The notes beneath the pieces are model-generated. The model saw only the letters and a list, made by a program, of their open reading frames with translations, was not told the DNA's origin and did no database searches. DNA of 64,000 nucleotides from Bacillota bacterium. GTDB taxonomy: Bacteria > Bacillota > Ch66 > Ch109. Where the stretch lies: positions 32,001 through 96,000 of the forward strand of contig JBMNLH010000004.1 in NCBI GenBank assembly GCA_050952625.1, given 5' to 3'. Positions 10,020-21,486 of the stretch are shown piece by piece (positions within the stretch are counted from its first letter, which is position 1; each line of letters opens with the position of its first letter). Made by a program: the position numbers and the translations under genes.

Positions 10020-11225
10020 TTAATAATGTCGAGAGCCATTCGCGCATTGGCGCGGGCTAATTCACCCAGGTGTTCTGTTTTTTCGTGCAGCCTGGCTCGG
10101 GCTGCCGGCAGGCTTTGACTGAGAACCGTCAATCCCGGTAATCAGCTGTTGGGCCGTTAAATCTTCGACCTCGCCCAACTGGCTTTTCCCCTAACTGTTC
10201 TAGAAAAGGCGTTGACCTTGGGATCATACGAAATGCCCAGCATAGGGACACCGAGGGCGGCGGCAAAAATCAGGGAGTGCAGCCGCATCCCGACCAGCAA
10301 GTCAATCGCTGGCTAATTCCTGCATCACTCCCTGGACAGACAGACGTTCCTCGATGATCCGGGACGGGAATCTGCATCCTGCTGGCGATGTCCCTGGCCG
10401 CCACTAAATCATCCGGGTAATGCAGCGGGACAAAGACAACCTCCCAGCCCTGTTCGGCTAGATAATCAGCCGCCTCGGCCACGGCAGCTTTAAAGCCGGT
10501 CAGGCCTTGCCAGTTTCTTAAGGCAAAACCGATCCGACGGTAGGGTTTATCTGTTTTGTTCTTGTTCTTAGCTACGGCCTCAACAATTAAATTTTGATTT
10601 ATATTATCATCGGATTCTAAAGCTAAATTGATAACTATATCCTCATTATATTCATTATCTTCATTGGCATCGTTCTTTGAACTGGTCTCGTTTTCCACAA
10701 CCGTTAGACCGGCTGCCCGCATTCCCAGCACTGGGTCTGCGGTAACGTAGACCGGGGGTTTGGTTACTCCCAGGTGCTTTAGTTCGTTTAGTGAATCCTG
10801 GTCTCTAACCGTGATTAACCGTACCCGATTGGCAATCACCCGCGTGAGCCAGCGCGCCCAAGGCCGTCGAATAGGGCCAATCCCCTGGGCGTAAAACATG
10901 ACTGGTTGGCCCAGGATTAGGGCGAGGGTTACTATGCCCAGGTAATACAGGATGCTCCGCCAACTGGTCACATCCTGCAACAGGCTGCCGCCCCCGCTGA
11001 TTAATAGGTCCGCTCGTCTTAAAGTCTGAATAAGACTGATCGGGTTGAATCGACTAACAGCTGCTACCCCGTGCAACTCCTGGGTTCGCTGGGGTGAAGC
11101 GGATAAAACGATTATATTAATGTCTGGGCTAAAGCTCCCGTAAGGCTTCCGGAAATTGCCGCTAACAAGGCTTCATCGCCGGCGTTGTCAAAGCCATAGT
11201 AGCCGGATAGAACTATGGTTTTCAC
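10020..11225 (-). CDS. csaB: Polysaccharide pyruvyltransferase CsaB (several apparent frameshifts)
   Basis: GTG 11225 gives MKTIVLSGYYGFDNAGDEALL; then SGGGSLLQDVTS, YAQGIGP, ITVRDQDS, TADP, and GMRLHSLIFAA...ISYDPKV in other frames. Confidence 0.8.
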
Positions 11226-11308
11226 GGAGTTATCTCCTAATCTGTTATTTTGTCGATATCTGTTTTTTGGTGATCTTCCTTGTATTAGATTTAAGGTTCA
11301 TAAACTAA

Positions 11309-11431
11309 TTATACAGCATATTTCGAATATAATTTTATATTACCAAAAAAATTGCGGCCTATTGGCCGCTGTTGAATCTTTTCGATTGACTCTAGTATGT
11401 CATTGAGATATAGGCGTGCATCCCTAGTCAT
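11309..11431 (-). pseudogene. Truncated HEPN (DUF86) toxin remnant
   Basis: ATGA overlap with the MNT stop; MTRDARLYLNDILESIEKIQ, then hairpin gcggcc-aata-ggccgc plus T-run and an early stop. Confidence 0.75.
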
Positions 11432-11679
11432 ACATAAAGTACCTCCTGTAGAATCTGGTCTTTTATTAAAGGTTTTAAAGCTTCCGGTGTTACTAAATCT
11501 ACCCTTCGACCAAGAATTCCTGCCAGAAAATATTTCAGCCGAATGAAGTGAAATATATCCACGCTGTCGCTAAATTCCACTAGTATATCAATATCACTAG
11601 ATTCATTGGCTTCGCCTCGGGCAAACGAACCAAAAATCCCTAACTGGGAAACTCTATAAGTATCCCGTAATTCTGGCAT
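11428..11679 (-). CDS. Minimal nucleotidyltransferase (MNT antitoxin)
   Basis: GIFGSFARGE...SDIDILVEF, LGRRVDLVT. Confidence 0.88.
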   Translation of the reverse strand: MPELRDTYRVSQLGIFGSFARGEANESSDIDILVEFSDSVDIFHFIRLKYFLAGILGRRVDLVTPEALKPLIKDQILQEVLYV

Positions 11680-11751
11680 ATGCTCTCAGATGCACTCCTC
11701 CGGGTTATAAATATTAACAACCTTATGATTTTCAGGGTTTAAATCGCTCAT

Positions 11752-12312
11752 CTAACCAACCAAGATCTTTTTTAGCCGATTGATGTCGAGCTCTGCGTTC
11801 ATCTGCCGATTAGCCAAGTATTCCACGTCACTCTTAAAATCTTTGAACCCTTGCTCCACCCGTTCAGTTAAATTCGCGAGATTAGACTCGATTCGGTCAG
11901 TCCGCATCCTTAGTTCTTCGACAATCGAGTTCGTATTACCGACAATCCGAATCAGTTCCGTAACCATATGTTCATTGTGGTCAAAGCGGCTGTCCATCCG
12001 ATCCAGTCTGACTTCTACCTGGTCCAGTCTGGTTTCCACCTGGTCTAGTCTGGTTTCCACCTGGTCTAGTCTAGTTTCAATCTTGTCTAGTCTGACTTCC
12101 ACCTGGTCTAGTCTGGTTTCTAACCGATCTAGTCTGGTCTCTACCTGGTCCAGTCTGGTTTCTAACCGGTCTAGTCTGGTTTCTACCTGGTCCAGTCTGG
12201 TTTCTACCTGGTCCAGTCTGGTTTCTAACCGGTCAAATCTGGCATCCATCTGGTCCAAACGAGTATTAACGCCTGTAAGCTGCTCCAGGATTAAATCTAA
12301 TTTCCGGTCCAT
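11752..12312 (-). CDS. Heptad-repeat coiled-coil protein (RLDQVET x~13; 21-bp tandem repeat)
   Basis: ORF track; ATG 12312 with RBS GGGGGAGG. Confidence 0.8.
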   Translation of the reverse strand: MDRKLDLILEQLTGVNTRLDQMDARFDRLETRLDQVETRLDQVETRLDRLETRLDQVETRLDRLETRLDQVEVRLDKIETRLDQVETRLDQVETRLDQVEVRLDRMDSRFDHNEHMVTELIRIVGNTNSIVEELRMRTDRIESNLANLTERVEQGFKDFKSDVEYLANRQMNAELDINRLKKILVG

Positions 12313-12446
12313 AATCAGCCTCCCCACCGAAGCGTTATATATGATTTCATCATACCATAGTCTGCCATTAATAGAAACCTTAAAAATCACGCTTTCTCCA
12401 AGCTGCCTTCCTGCTTCAATCTTCAATGTTAAACTAATAATCTTCC

Positions 12447-13460
12447 TTATTTCTTCCCCTGGATCAAGGCCACCAGCTCTCGCATTTCATCATCCTTGGC
12501 CACCCAGTAACTCAGGCCATTGATGGTCTGCGGCCGACCGGGGAGCATGTGTGTTTGAAACTGGTCCGGGCCGGCCCCTTTTAGGGCATTGGCCACCCGC
12601 AGCGTCCCAGAAACAGGCATATTGGTCTCCACACAATCCGTTAAGTCGCCAATTAATTGAGGGGATTTCAACAGGTTATCCAGGGTTAAAAACTGCTCTT
12701 TAGCGGCTTCAAAAAAGTGCTGTTGCCGCTCGATTCGGCCAATATCTCCCCGTCCATCGGAACGAAATCGGACATAGGCCAAGGCATCGTGTCCGTCCAG
12801 TTTTTGAAGGCCTGGTTTCAGGTTTATCCCTTCTTCAGGATAGTGCATCCGCTTTTCAACATCTAGAGAAACTCCGCCAAGACGGTCAATCAGCCGCTCA
12901 AACCCCTTGAAGTCGGTCTCTATGTAGTAATCAACCGGGGTATCCAGTAGATTTTCCACGGTTTTTTCCAGCAACGGTACCCCCCCGTAGGCGTAGGCAT
13001 GATTTATTTTCTGTTTGCCATGACCGTCAATACTGGCCCGAGTGTCCCGCGGGATCGATAGCAAATGGATGTCATTATTGCGGAAATTGATGCTGGCCAG
13101 GACGATGGTGTCTGATCTTCCCCGTTCATTGGCTCGGTTGTCGGTCCCGACCAATAGAATGTTAACCTGATTCTTTCCTTCCAAGCCAGTCACCAGTGAC
13201 ACCATGCTGGGGGCACCAAAACGGCTGGCTGCCCACTCATAGCCGCCTATCAAGCTCGCCAGCATTATTAGGATAAGGGCAACCCGCCATAAGGGAGAGC
13301 TTTTCTGCTTCCACTTTTTCCGCTTCCGATCCATCCGACTGGGGTAGGGTGGGTGATAAGTAGTGTTCAGTGCCGCCAACCCTGATTCGGCAGCCCTGGA
13401 GCGGCCTGGGTTTCGTCGTTTTTTATCCTGGTCGTTGTCTTTTTGGAACATAAAACTCAC
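12447..13460 (-). CDS. LCP (LytR-CpsA-Psr) family transferase
   Basis: NILLVGTD, GRSDTI, LSIPRDT, KINHAYAYGG, ALAYVRFR, GRIERQQ. Confidence 0.93.
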   Translation of the reverse strand: MSFMFQKDNDQDKKRRNPGRSRAAESGLAALNTTYHPPYPSRMDRKRKKWKQKSSPLWRVALILIMLASLIGGYEWAASRFGAPSMVSLVTGLEGKNQVNILLVGTDNRANERGRSDTIVLASINFRNNDIHLLSIPRDTRASIDGHGKQKINHAYAYGGVPLLEKTVENLLDTPVDYYIETDFKGFERLIDRLGGVSLDVEKRMHYPEEGINLKPGLQKLDGHDALAYVRFRSDGRGDIGRIERQQHFFEAAKEQFLTLDNLLKSPQLIGDLTDCVETNMPVSGTLRVANALKGAGPDQFQTHMLPGRPQTINGLSYWVAKDDEMRELVALIQGKK

Positions 13461-14204
13461 CTCATATTTGGGACATGGGGACAGGTTTACTGTCCCGGAA
13501 GTAGGGCACCCGATATAAGCAATAAAATTAGAGTTAGTAAGTCATCTTTCTAAGCAACTATTTCGACAAGTTTTGCCAATTACCTGCCCCTTAGATAAAA
13601 TATGCGCGTTGAAGTATTGCCTATGTTGCGCTAGCTCCGTACCGCAAGCTCCGAACCGCAAAAAACTTCAGAATACTTGTTTAAGATAATTTTGGTGTTA
13701 CAAATTATATAACTAAGACCCTCAAAATCCGAATAACTAATTCGTATCTTTAAAAGATGGAACGTTACATAGTATAACGCTGGATCTGGTTCGCGGGGAA
13801 CAGACTCAGCGAAGAAAAAGCTGGTAAAGCCTTATATAGTCTAAGTTAAGCCGAGTTGGGGTTAAGATGAGATGGTTGGGATGAGATGGTCAGGATATTG
13901 ATAATAAAGTCGGGATAATATAAATGGTCATGAGGTTGATTATCGTCGTGTTGGTAACCTATAGCTTAATTCGCGGTGGTTGGGATTAGATAAAAGGTCT
14001 AGAGGGGCAAAGAGTTAAAGAAGGCAAGGGAACTGTTCCTTGGCTTCCGAGCTCGAACAGGGTGAAGCACGGGCTGGCAAAGACGAGGCAAGGACAGGCA
14101 AGACGTTGGCTATCGAACAAAAATGTGAGGAGTTAAAGATTTAACCCTAAAGATTTAACCGTTCACGGCTTCGTTTAGCTATCAGGCTTGATTAAATAAT
14201 TGAT

Positions 14205-14378
14205 TAATGAAAATAGCTTGACATATGTCATCCTGAGCGTTAGCGTAGGAGGATCTTGCTTTTTAGCAGGGGAAGGATTCTTCGCTTCGCTCAAAATATT
14301 ATGATATCGTGCGCTGACCGCACCACGATAGATAATAAATGAATAAGATAAACGAATAAATGGTTATATTCATAGCAA
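14205..14378 (-). repeat. Family B palindromic element (inverted copy)
   Basis: gtcatcctgagcgttagcgtaggaggatct...gattcttcgcttcgctcaaaat...gcaccacgata...tattcatagcaa. Confidence 0.8.
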
Positions 14379-14546
14379 TGCAAGCCGAAGTTAGGTCTTT
14401 GTTGTAGCCAGGTTTCGGCTAGGCATCGGTCATGTATCGGCCAAGGGAACCGTCCCCGCGGCAGGATTGAGGTTTCAGCCAGATATCGTCAGGTATCGGC
14501 CAAGTTTCAACCAGGTCGCCAACCAAGAGAACCGTCCCCGTGGCGG

Positions 14547-15392
14547 TTAGGCGCGGCCAACTTCGTTTACGGCTTTGTCCAGGGTGGCGTCGTAGGCTTG
14601 GACTACTTTTTGGTTGGCCTCGTATGCGCGGAAGGCTTCAATAAGACTGACCATTTCCTGGATTGGGTTGACGTTGGACTTTTCTAAAAAGCCAACCCGG
14701 ATTTCTGGTTGCGGCAGGTCTTCTGGGACAAGTTCGCCTTCGCCCAGGTTAAACAGGCTGTCGCCTTGTTTGCGCAGCTGGGTATAGTCGGCAAAAGTCA
14801 CCACCCGAAGACGGTCAAAGTACTCCCCGTTAATGAAAATCTCGCCGGTTTCACAAATTTCCAGCATGTCCTCCGACTCAAACGCTGGATCAAGAACGAC
14901 GGGGCCAGACTCGGCCAGGACCGGGAACCCCTCTCCATTTACTAAAACGCCGGCCGGGTTTAAAGTGAAAGAACCGTTGCGGGTATACCGTTCTCCGGCC
15001 GGGGTCTCAAGCACAAACATCCCTTCCCCGGCCAGGGCTAGATCAAATTTATGGCCGGTGAATTGAAAGGTGCCATTTTCCTGCCAGGTGCGAACCTCGT
15101 CAACAACGGCCCCCGTATTGAGGGTGCCAACCACGGGGGGAGCCCCCGCTAACATAGCCCTTAAGGCGTCAGCCGCGGTATTGTCGCTGTTCAAATTGGC
15201 GATGGCCGCCATTACGCCCTGGTCACTCTGGTCGTTAATTCGGTACAGCAGTTGTTCAGGAAAACTACGGTAGGCGATATTATCCTTTTTAAACCCAGTC
15301 GTATTAACGTTAGCAAGGTTATTCGCAATTACATCGTTCCGTGCTGCCTGGGCCATCATCCCGCAACCGGCTGTGTATAATCCCCTTAACAT
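14547..15392 (-). CDS. flhO: Flagellar hook-basal body rod protein (FlgF/FlgG; FlhO-like)
   Basis: MLRGLYTA, ANNLANVNTTGFK, YTRNGSF, LEKSNVN. Confidence 0.88.
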   Translation of the reverse strand: MLRGLYTAGCGMMAQAARNDVIANNLANVNTTGFKKDNIAYRSFPEQLLYRINDQSDQGVMAAIANLNSDNTAADALRAMLAGAPPVVGTLNTGAVVDEVRTWQENGTFQFTGHKFDLALAGEGMFVLETPAGERYTRNGSFTLNPAGVLVNGEGFPVLAESGPVVLDPAFESEDMLEICETGEIFINGEYFDRLRVVTFADYTQLRKQGDSLFNLGEGELVPEDLPQPEIRVGFLEKSNVNPIQEMVSLIEAFRAYEANQKVVQAYDATLDKAVNEVGRA

Positions 15393-15405
15393 ACGCTCAC
15401 CTCAA

Positions 15406-16437
15406 TTAGGCACCAAATCCATTGGAAACGGATTTAATTCCGGGCATTAGATTCATCGACCCCAGAGCAACGCCGGTGCCGATAGCCACACAGGAAACAG
15501 GATCGTCAGCTATGTGAATGCTCAATTTAGTTTCCTGAGAGAGCAGGGTATCCAGTCCGTCTAATAAAGACCCGCCGCCGGTCATGACGATACCTTGGTT
15601 TATGATATCGGCCGCCAGTTCCGGCGGGGTTTTTTCCAAAACTTCCTTAACAGCCATAACCACTGATTCTACTGGTTCTTGGAGGGCAACGTAGCTTTCC
15701 CGCGCCTTAATAGTAATTACCTTAGGCAGGCCGCTGACTAGGTCCCGGCCTCGAATATCGAGGGACTCGTCCTCTTTGCGCCCGCGCGGATAAGCGGTGC
15801 CGATTTTAATTTTAATATCCTCGGCGGTACGTTCTCCGATCATCAGGTTATACTCCCGCCGAATATAACGAATGATGGCTTCATCAAAGTGGTCACCACC
15901 AATGCGCAGCGATTTATTACACACAATGCCACCCAGGGACAAGACCGCGATATCCGTGGTCCCGCCTCCGATATCAACAACCATATTGCCGGTTGCTTCT
16001 GAAATATTAATCCCGGCTCCTAGGGCGGCAGCTAGCGGCTCCTCGACCAACCAAGCGCGGCGCGCCCCAGCTTGTAAGGCGGCCTGGAGAACTGCCCGTT
16101 CCTCGACGCTGGTAACCCCCGTAGGAATACATACTAGGACCCGAGGTTTAAAAAACATCCGTTTGCCACAGGCTTTTTGAATAAAATACCGCAGCATTCG
16201 CTCGGTTACATGGTAATCAGCAATTACTCCATTGCGCATTGGACGGATTGCTATAATGTTACCAGGGGTTTTCCCCAGCATCCTGCGGGCCTCTTCCCCT
16301 ACGGCAATTACTTTCTCGCTATTTTTTTCAATTGCTACCACTGATGGTTCATTTAAGACAACGCCTTTGCCTTTAATGTAAACCAAGACGCTAGCTGTTC
16401 CTAGGTCAATCCCTATGTCTTCCCCGAAGTTTACCAT
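15406..16437 (-). CDS. mbl: MreB-like rod shape protein
   Basis: IGIDLGTA, DIGGGTTD; follows spoIIID. Confidence 0.93.
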   Translation of the reverse strand: MVNFGEDIGIDLGTASVLVYIKGKGVVLNEPSVVAIEKNSEKVIAVGEEARRMLGKTPGNIIAIRPMRNGVIADYHVTERMLRYFIQKACGKRMFFKPRVLVCIPTGVTSVEERAVLQAALQAGARRAWLVEEPLAAALGAGINISEATGNMVVDIGGGTTDIAVLSLGGIVCNKSLRIGGDHFDEAIIRYIRREYNLMIGERTAEDIKIKIGTAYPRGRKEDESLDIRGRDLVSGLPKVITIKARESYVALQEPVESVVMAVKEVLEKTPPELAADIINQGIVMTGGGSLLDGLDTLLSQETKLSIHIADDPVSCVAIGTGVALGSMNLMPGIKSVSNGFGA

Positions 16438-16544
16438 TAATTATTTCTCCCTTATTGTGGTCATTGGTTAAAAAGCATAATTTAACCAATGTATTATTCT
16501 ACATATATACCGGAAATCCTCTTCTTTTTTGCATTTCTTTTTAA

Positions 16545-16796
16545 TTATTCATTGCTTCGATACTTTCGCCGGGTAGCTTCGCCACCTCGAATATGCCGTT
16601 CGGCCTTATTATGTTCTAAAATCAGCCGTACTTGGTAAGCTAACTCAGGGTTAATCCGGGGCAGACGTTCAGTGACATCTTTATGCACAGTACTCTTGCT
16701 TACACCGAATAAATCGGCGGTTTGACGAACGGTCGCGGTTGTTTCGAGGATATAATTACCTAATTCCAAAACCCGATCCCGAATGTAGTCTTGCAT
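16545..16796 (-). CDS. spoIIID: Sporulation transcription regulator SpoIIID
   Basis: TVRQTADLFGVSKSTVHKDVTERL...RHIRGGEAT. Confidence 0.97.
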   Translation of the reverse strand: MQDYIRDRVLELGNYILETTATVRQTADLFGVSKSTVHKDVTERLPRINPELAYQVRLILEHNKAERHIRGGEATRRKYRSNE

Positions 16797-16894
16797 TTCA
16801 GTAGCCTCCTCCATGGCGTACGCCGAGTAGGTGGTGCTAATTTTTATAATCTATATATATGTATATGGAGGAGGAATGAGTACCGGGTTTAAAT

Positions 16895-17989
16895 TTAATG
16901 GCCAATCTGTCTGATTTCCACCCCTTGATAATAGTATTGAATTATTTCTTCGTGGTTTTTGCCTGCTTTGGCTTGCCCTTCTGCTCCATACTGACAAAGC
17001 CCAACTCCATGTCCATAGCCACGGGTAGTGAAAGTTACCTTTTCTGAATCGGTTACCCAGGATAATTGGGTTGAATTCAGATTTAAGCGATTACGAAATT
17101 CGGTTGCTGATATAACATGTGATCCCACCTGAATTGTTTTCAGACGACCAGTAGGACTTTGGGCTTCTGCCTGGATTAGAGTGCTATGTTTTGTGCTTTT
17201 ATTAGTATTGCCCGCTGCCGGTAAAATAATTGGAAATTGCAAACGTTCTTCAACCTCGGCCCAGGTAAGGGTTAGCTGTTCCTCATACCGCGGTGCCGTT
17301 TGATCCCATTTGCAAGGAACACTGCGCAGATAGGGAATGGACTTTGCCCAGACATCTTCGGAATTTTCAGTCCGGCCGCCGCAGGTGGAGTGATAGACTG
17401 GATCAATCAATTTGTCTTCATAGGTGATAATTTTATTTTTGGTGGATTCAACTGCCGCAATTATTTTTTTGTAATACATGGGAAACTTGATGAGTCCCCA
17501 TTGCCGACGCAATTCAGCTTCGCTTTTCCAGGCCTGGCAGTGTCGAGAATCAGTGCAGATGTCCGCCTCTGGATGATCAGGATTGGGAGATGCGGTATAC
17601 ATGTCTAATCTTTTCAAGACGTAAGTCCGTGCGACGATGGCCTGTACTTTGAGAGCTTCCGGCTCAAAGGTAGCCGGCATTTCAGCGGCGACCACTCCTA
17701 CTAGATAAGTTTCCAGCGGCAGGGTCATCACGGTGTTAGTTTGATGATTCAGGACCGCGACAGTGGTGCCGCTTGTCTGGATGTGCGTCTGGTTTGGATT
17801 AACTGGATTCCAGTTTTGGGCAACAAGGGCTGGTAAAACCAATAGTAAAAAGCATACTATTCCCGTAATTAAGACAGCTTTTGCCTTTAAGTTTAACCGA
17901 TGCTTTTTTCGGCTGTTTCTACGTTTTATTATGCTGTTTATTAGATGACGATAGATAAATTTGCGTGATTTAGGGCTTGGTTTAACCAT
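16895..17989 (-). CDS. spoIID: Stage II sporulation protein D
   Basis: YLVGVVAAEMPATF, EALKVQA, HCQAW, GYGHGVGLCQYGA. Confidence 0.95.
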   Translation of the reverse strand: MVKPSPKSRKFIYRHLINSIIKRRNSRKKHRLNLKAKAVLITGIVCFLLLVLPALVAQNWNPVNPNQTHIQTSGTTVAVLNHQTNTVMTLPLETYLVGVVAAEMPATFEPEALKVQAIVARTYVLKRLDMYTASPNPDHPEADICTDSRHCQAWKSEAELRRQWGLIKFPMYYKKIIAAVESTKNKIITYEDKLIDPVYHSTCGGRTENSEDVWAKSIPYLRSVPCKWDQTAPRYEEQLTLTWAEVEERLQFPIILPAAGNTNKSTKHSTLIQAEAQSPTGRLKTIQVGSHVISATEFRNRLNLNSTQLSWVTDSEKVTFTTRGYGHGVGLCQYGAEGQAKAGKNHEEIIQYYYQGVEIRQIGH

Positions 17990-18030
17990 GGCCCTCCCCC
18001 CTTAAATAGGATAATTAAAAATTGTTATTA

Positions 18031-18060
18031 ATAATATGTCTGTTTTTACCAAATTAGAAC
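18031..18060 (-). promoter_or_regulatory. Probable sigmaE promoter of spoIID
   Basis: Minus strand gTTCTAA...CATATTAT resembles the sigmaE consensus. Confidence 0.45.
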
Positions 18061-18143
18061 ATTTAGCCAAGAACTTTCATAACCAAGGACTTGTGCGTCA
18101 CGCACAACTAATCGTCCCAGCGCGCACTTATTGCAGACATTCG

Positions 18144-18311
18144 TAACCAAGGACTTTTGCATCCGTAAGTATGGGTGCCTTGTTTATACTGCCAGTGAAA
18201 TTTCTGTGGCGAGCATGCTTTATTTGTGCTCAACCGGTTGCCTTGTTTATAGTGCCAGTGAAATAGCGTCTCCATTTTAATTCTCAATGTTCGGTGAAGC
18301 TAACGAGTTAC
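18144..18311 (+). mobile_element. Degenerate, internally duplicated family A element
   Basis: aaccaaggactttt...gccttgtttatagtgccagtgaaatag...caatgttcggtgaagctaacgagttac aligns by eye with family A. Confidence 0.5.
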
Positions 18312-18352
18312 TAACTACATTAAAAATTAATTGAGTTGATACTTAAATTAAA

Positions 18353-19363
18353 TTAATACTCGGTCATTAATAAAGGTATTCCGATCTGAAAGTAGGTGCG
18401 TTGATCAAATTGATGGTACCGAGATGCAATTTGGAGGTTAACCGGCATCCCGGCTACTGTTTCCTGGTCCATAAGCTCAGGTGTGTAAGCTGTAAGGCTA
18501 ATTAAATCTTTGTCTAGCAAGCCGCTTGGCTGATTAGCCTCCGCTGCGTGAAACATATGATTAATAAATGCTTGTTGATCGGGGAGACTTATTTGGTTGT
18601 CCTGATAGGCAATCAGGGTTAGTGCTGTTTTTACGCCGAAATTACGTTGTCGAAAACTATTTGGCATTTCCGTTAGTTTTTGAGCTTCTTGAGCCAGGCA
18701 GCTTAATACCCTACCGACTTCCTGCTTGACCGCCACTGCTTCCCTAGCGGAACCTATTTCCTTGACGGTAATAACCAGGTAAATGGTTGAATCAAGCGGT
18801 GATTCCTGATCAGCAAAAACACGCGCGCTAACCGTTGCCAAACAACCGGATTCTAACCGTGCGGCCAGTGTCGTGGTCGCAGGGTGAGGCGATTCAGCCA
18901 GGGCGTTGAGACAATTATTGACAAGTTGGTCTAGTTGATCATACTGATTTAGCTGGTTACCCTGGCTTTGTTGGGTAGCTCGTGGTAATCGAACTTTTTG
19001 GTTTAATTCATTTTCTAAGTTTTTGCTTATGTGGTTATCGCCCATGTGGGGTCGAATTTTACCGGTCATTAATTGATTTAGACAACCTTCAGTATTTGCT
19101 GGTTGGGTCTTGTTTTCTGGCTGGGTTTTGATTTTTAGTCGGGTCCACCCTGATACTTGGGCTTGATAAAAGGTTGTCCCTGAGACGCAAAGCATTTTAG
19201 CCAGTAAGTTTTCAGTTTGATCTTCTTTCATGAGGCGGGCAGATCCGGTCCCCCAGCTAGCTTGCCGATCCAGGTCCAATATGAATTGTGTTCCAATAAT
19301 CCTCCCGACAATTAACCCGACGATGATTAATACACCTAGCCATATTAGGCGGTTTGTCTTCAT
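18353..19363 (-). CDS. YwmB-like (TATA-binding-like fold) protein with low-complexity insertions
   Basis: C-terminal AYTPEL...VNLQIASRY...TYFQIGIPLLMTEY; lies between atpC and spoIID. Confidence 0.75.
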   Translation of the reverse strand: MKTNRLIWLGVLIIVGLIVGRIIGTQFILDLDRQASWGTGSARLMKEDQTENLLAKMLCVSGTTFYQAQVSGWTRLKIKTQPENKTQPANTEGCLNQLMTGKIRPHMGDNHISKNLENELNQKVRLPRATQQSQGNQLNQYDQLDQLVNNCLNALAESPHPATTTLAARLESGCLATVSARVFADQESPLDSTIYLVITVKEIGSAREAVAVKQEVGRVLSCLAQEAQKLTEMPNSFRQRNFGVKTALTLIAYQDNQISLPDQQAFINHMFHAAEANQPSGLLDKDLISLTAYTPELMDQETVAGMPVNLQIASRYHQFDQRTYFQIGIPLLMTEY

Positions 19364-19526
19364 TGCTTTCCGGCCCCCTTTTGCTACCTATTATTGCCAA
19401 TAATGTCCCAAACTACTATTTAAAAAACTCTAGCCAAGGCAGCCAAGGGGACGGTTCTTCCGGAAAAACTTTCCCTTTGCTGCTCTTACCGGCCAGAAGA
19501 ACCGTCCCCTTGGCTGGGGCAAAATT

Positions 19527-19555
19527 AAAAGCCGAGGGGAACTCCCTCGGCTTTT
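19527..19555 (-). terminator. atp operon terminator
   Basis: aaaagccgaggg...ccctcggctttt. Confidence 0.85.
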
Positions 19556-19602
19556 GGATAACTCTCGTTTCATATTAACTTTCATTGAGGTAGCGTCATT
19601 TT

Positions 19603-20034
19603 CTAGTGCTTTTGGTACCCGGCACCAATTTCTGCCTCGTAGGCCTTAATGCGGCTCAAAGCACGTTCTAGAGCCAATTGCGCCCGCAGAATGTTTATCT
19701 CATCCTGACGATCCCTTAAGCGATCCTCTGCCCTTTGTTTAGCAGCCTTGGCTCGTTCAACGTCTATCTCTGATCCAGTTTCTGCGGTATCTGCCAGAAC
19801 CATTACCTTGTTTTCGGTAATCTCCAGCAGTCCTCCACTGATGGCAATATGCCGGGTTTGTCCGTTAACGGTAAAGCGCATTACCCCAATTTTTAAGGCA
19901 GCTACAAGTGGGGCGTGGTCTTTTAAGACCCCGACTTCACCGGTCCAGGCCGGAGCTACTAGAAATTCCGCTTCCTCACCGATCACCTGCCGCTCAGGGG
20001 TAATCACCTCCAAACGGAATTCCTTGCCGTCCAT
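19603..20034 (-). CDS. atpC: ATP synthase epsilon
   Basis: LEVITPER, GEVGVLKDHAP, IDVERA. Confidence 0.97.
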   Translation of the reverse strand: MDGKEFRLEVITPERQVIGEEAEFLVAPAWTGEVGVLKDHAPLVAALKIGVMRFTVNGQTRHIAISGGLLEITENKVMVLADTAETGSEIDVERAKAAKQRAEDRLRDRQDEINILRAQLALERALSRIKAYEAEIGAGYQKH

Positions 20035-20037
20035 GGA

Positions 20038-21486
<1,449 letters not shown>

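Noticed and set aside
9370-11150. True pseudogenisation or programmed frameshifting of csaB/tagA
   Set aside because: Several single-base indels cluster here (two within about 12 nt near 9390) while protein motifs stay intact; sequencing error is more likely, though reads are needed to decide.
18176-18265. Mini-CRISPR (two 25-bp repeats ending gaaat)
   Set aside because: Both copies align to the middle of a degenerate family A element.
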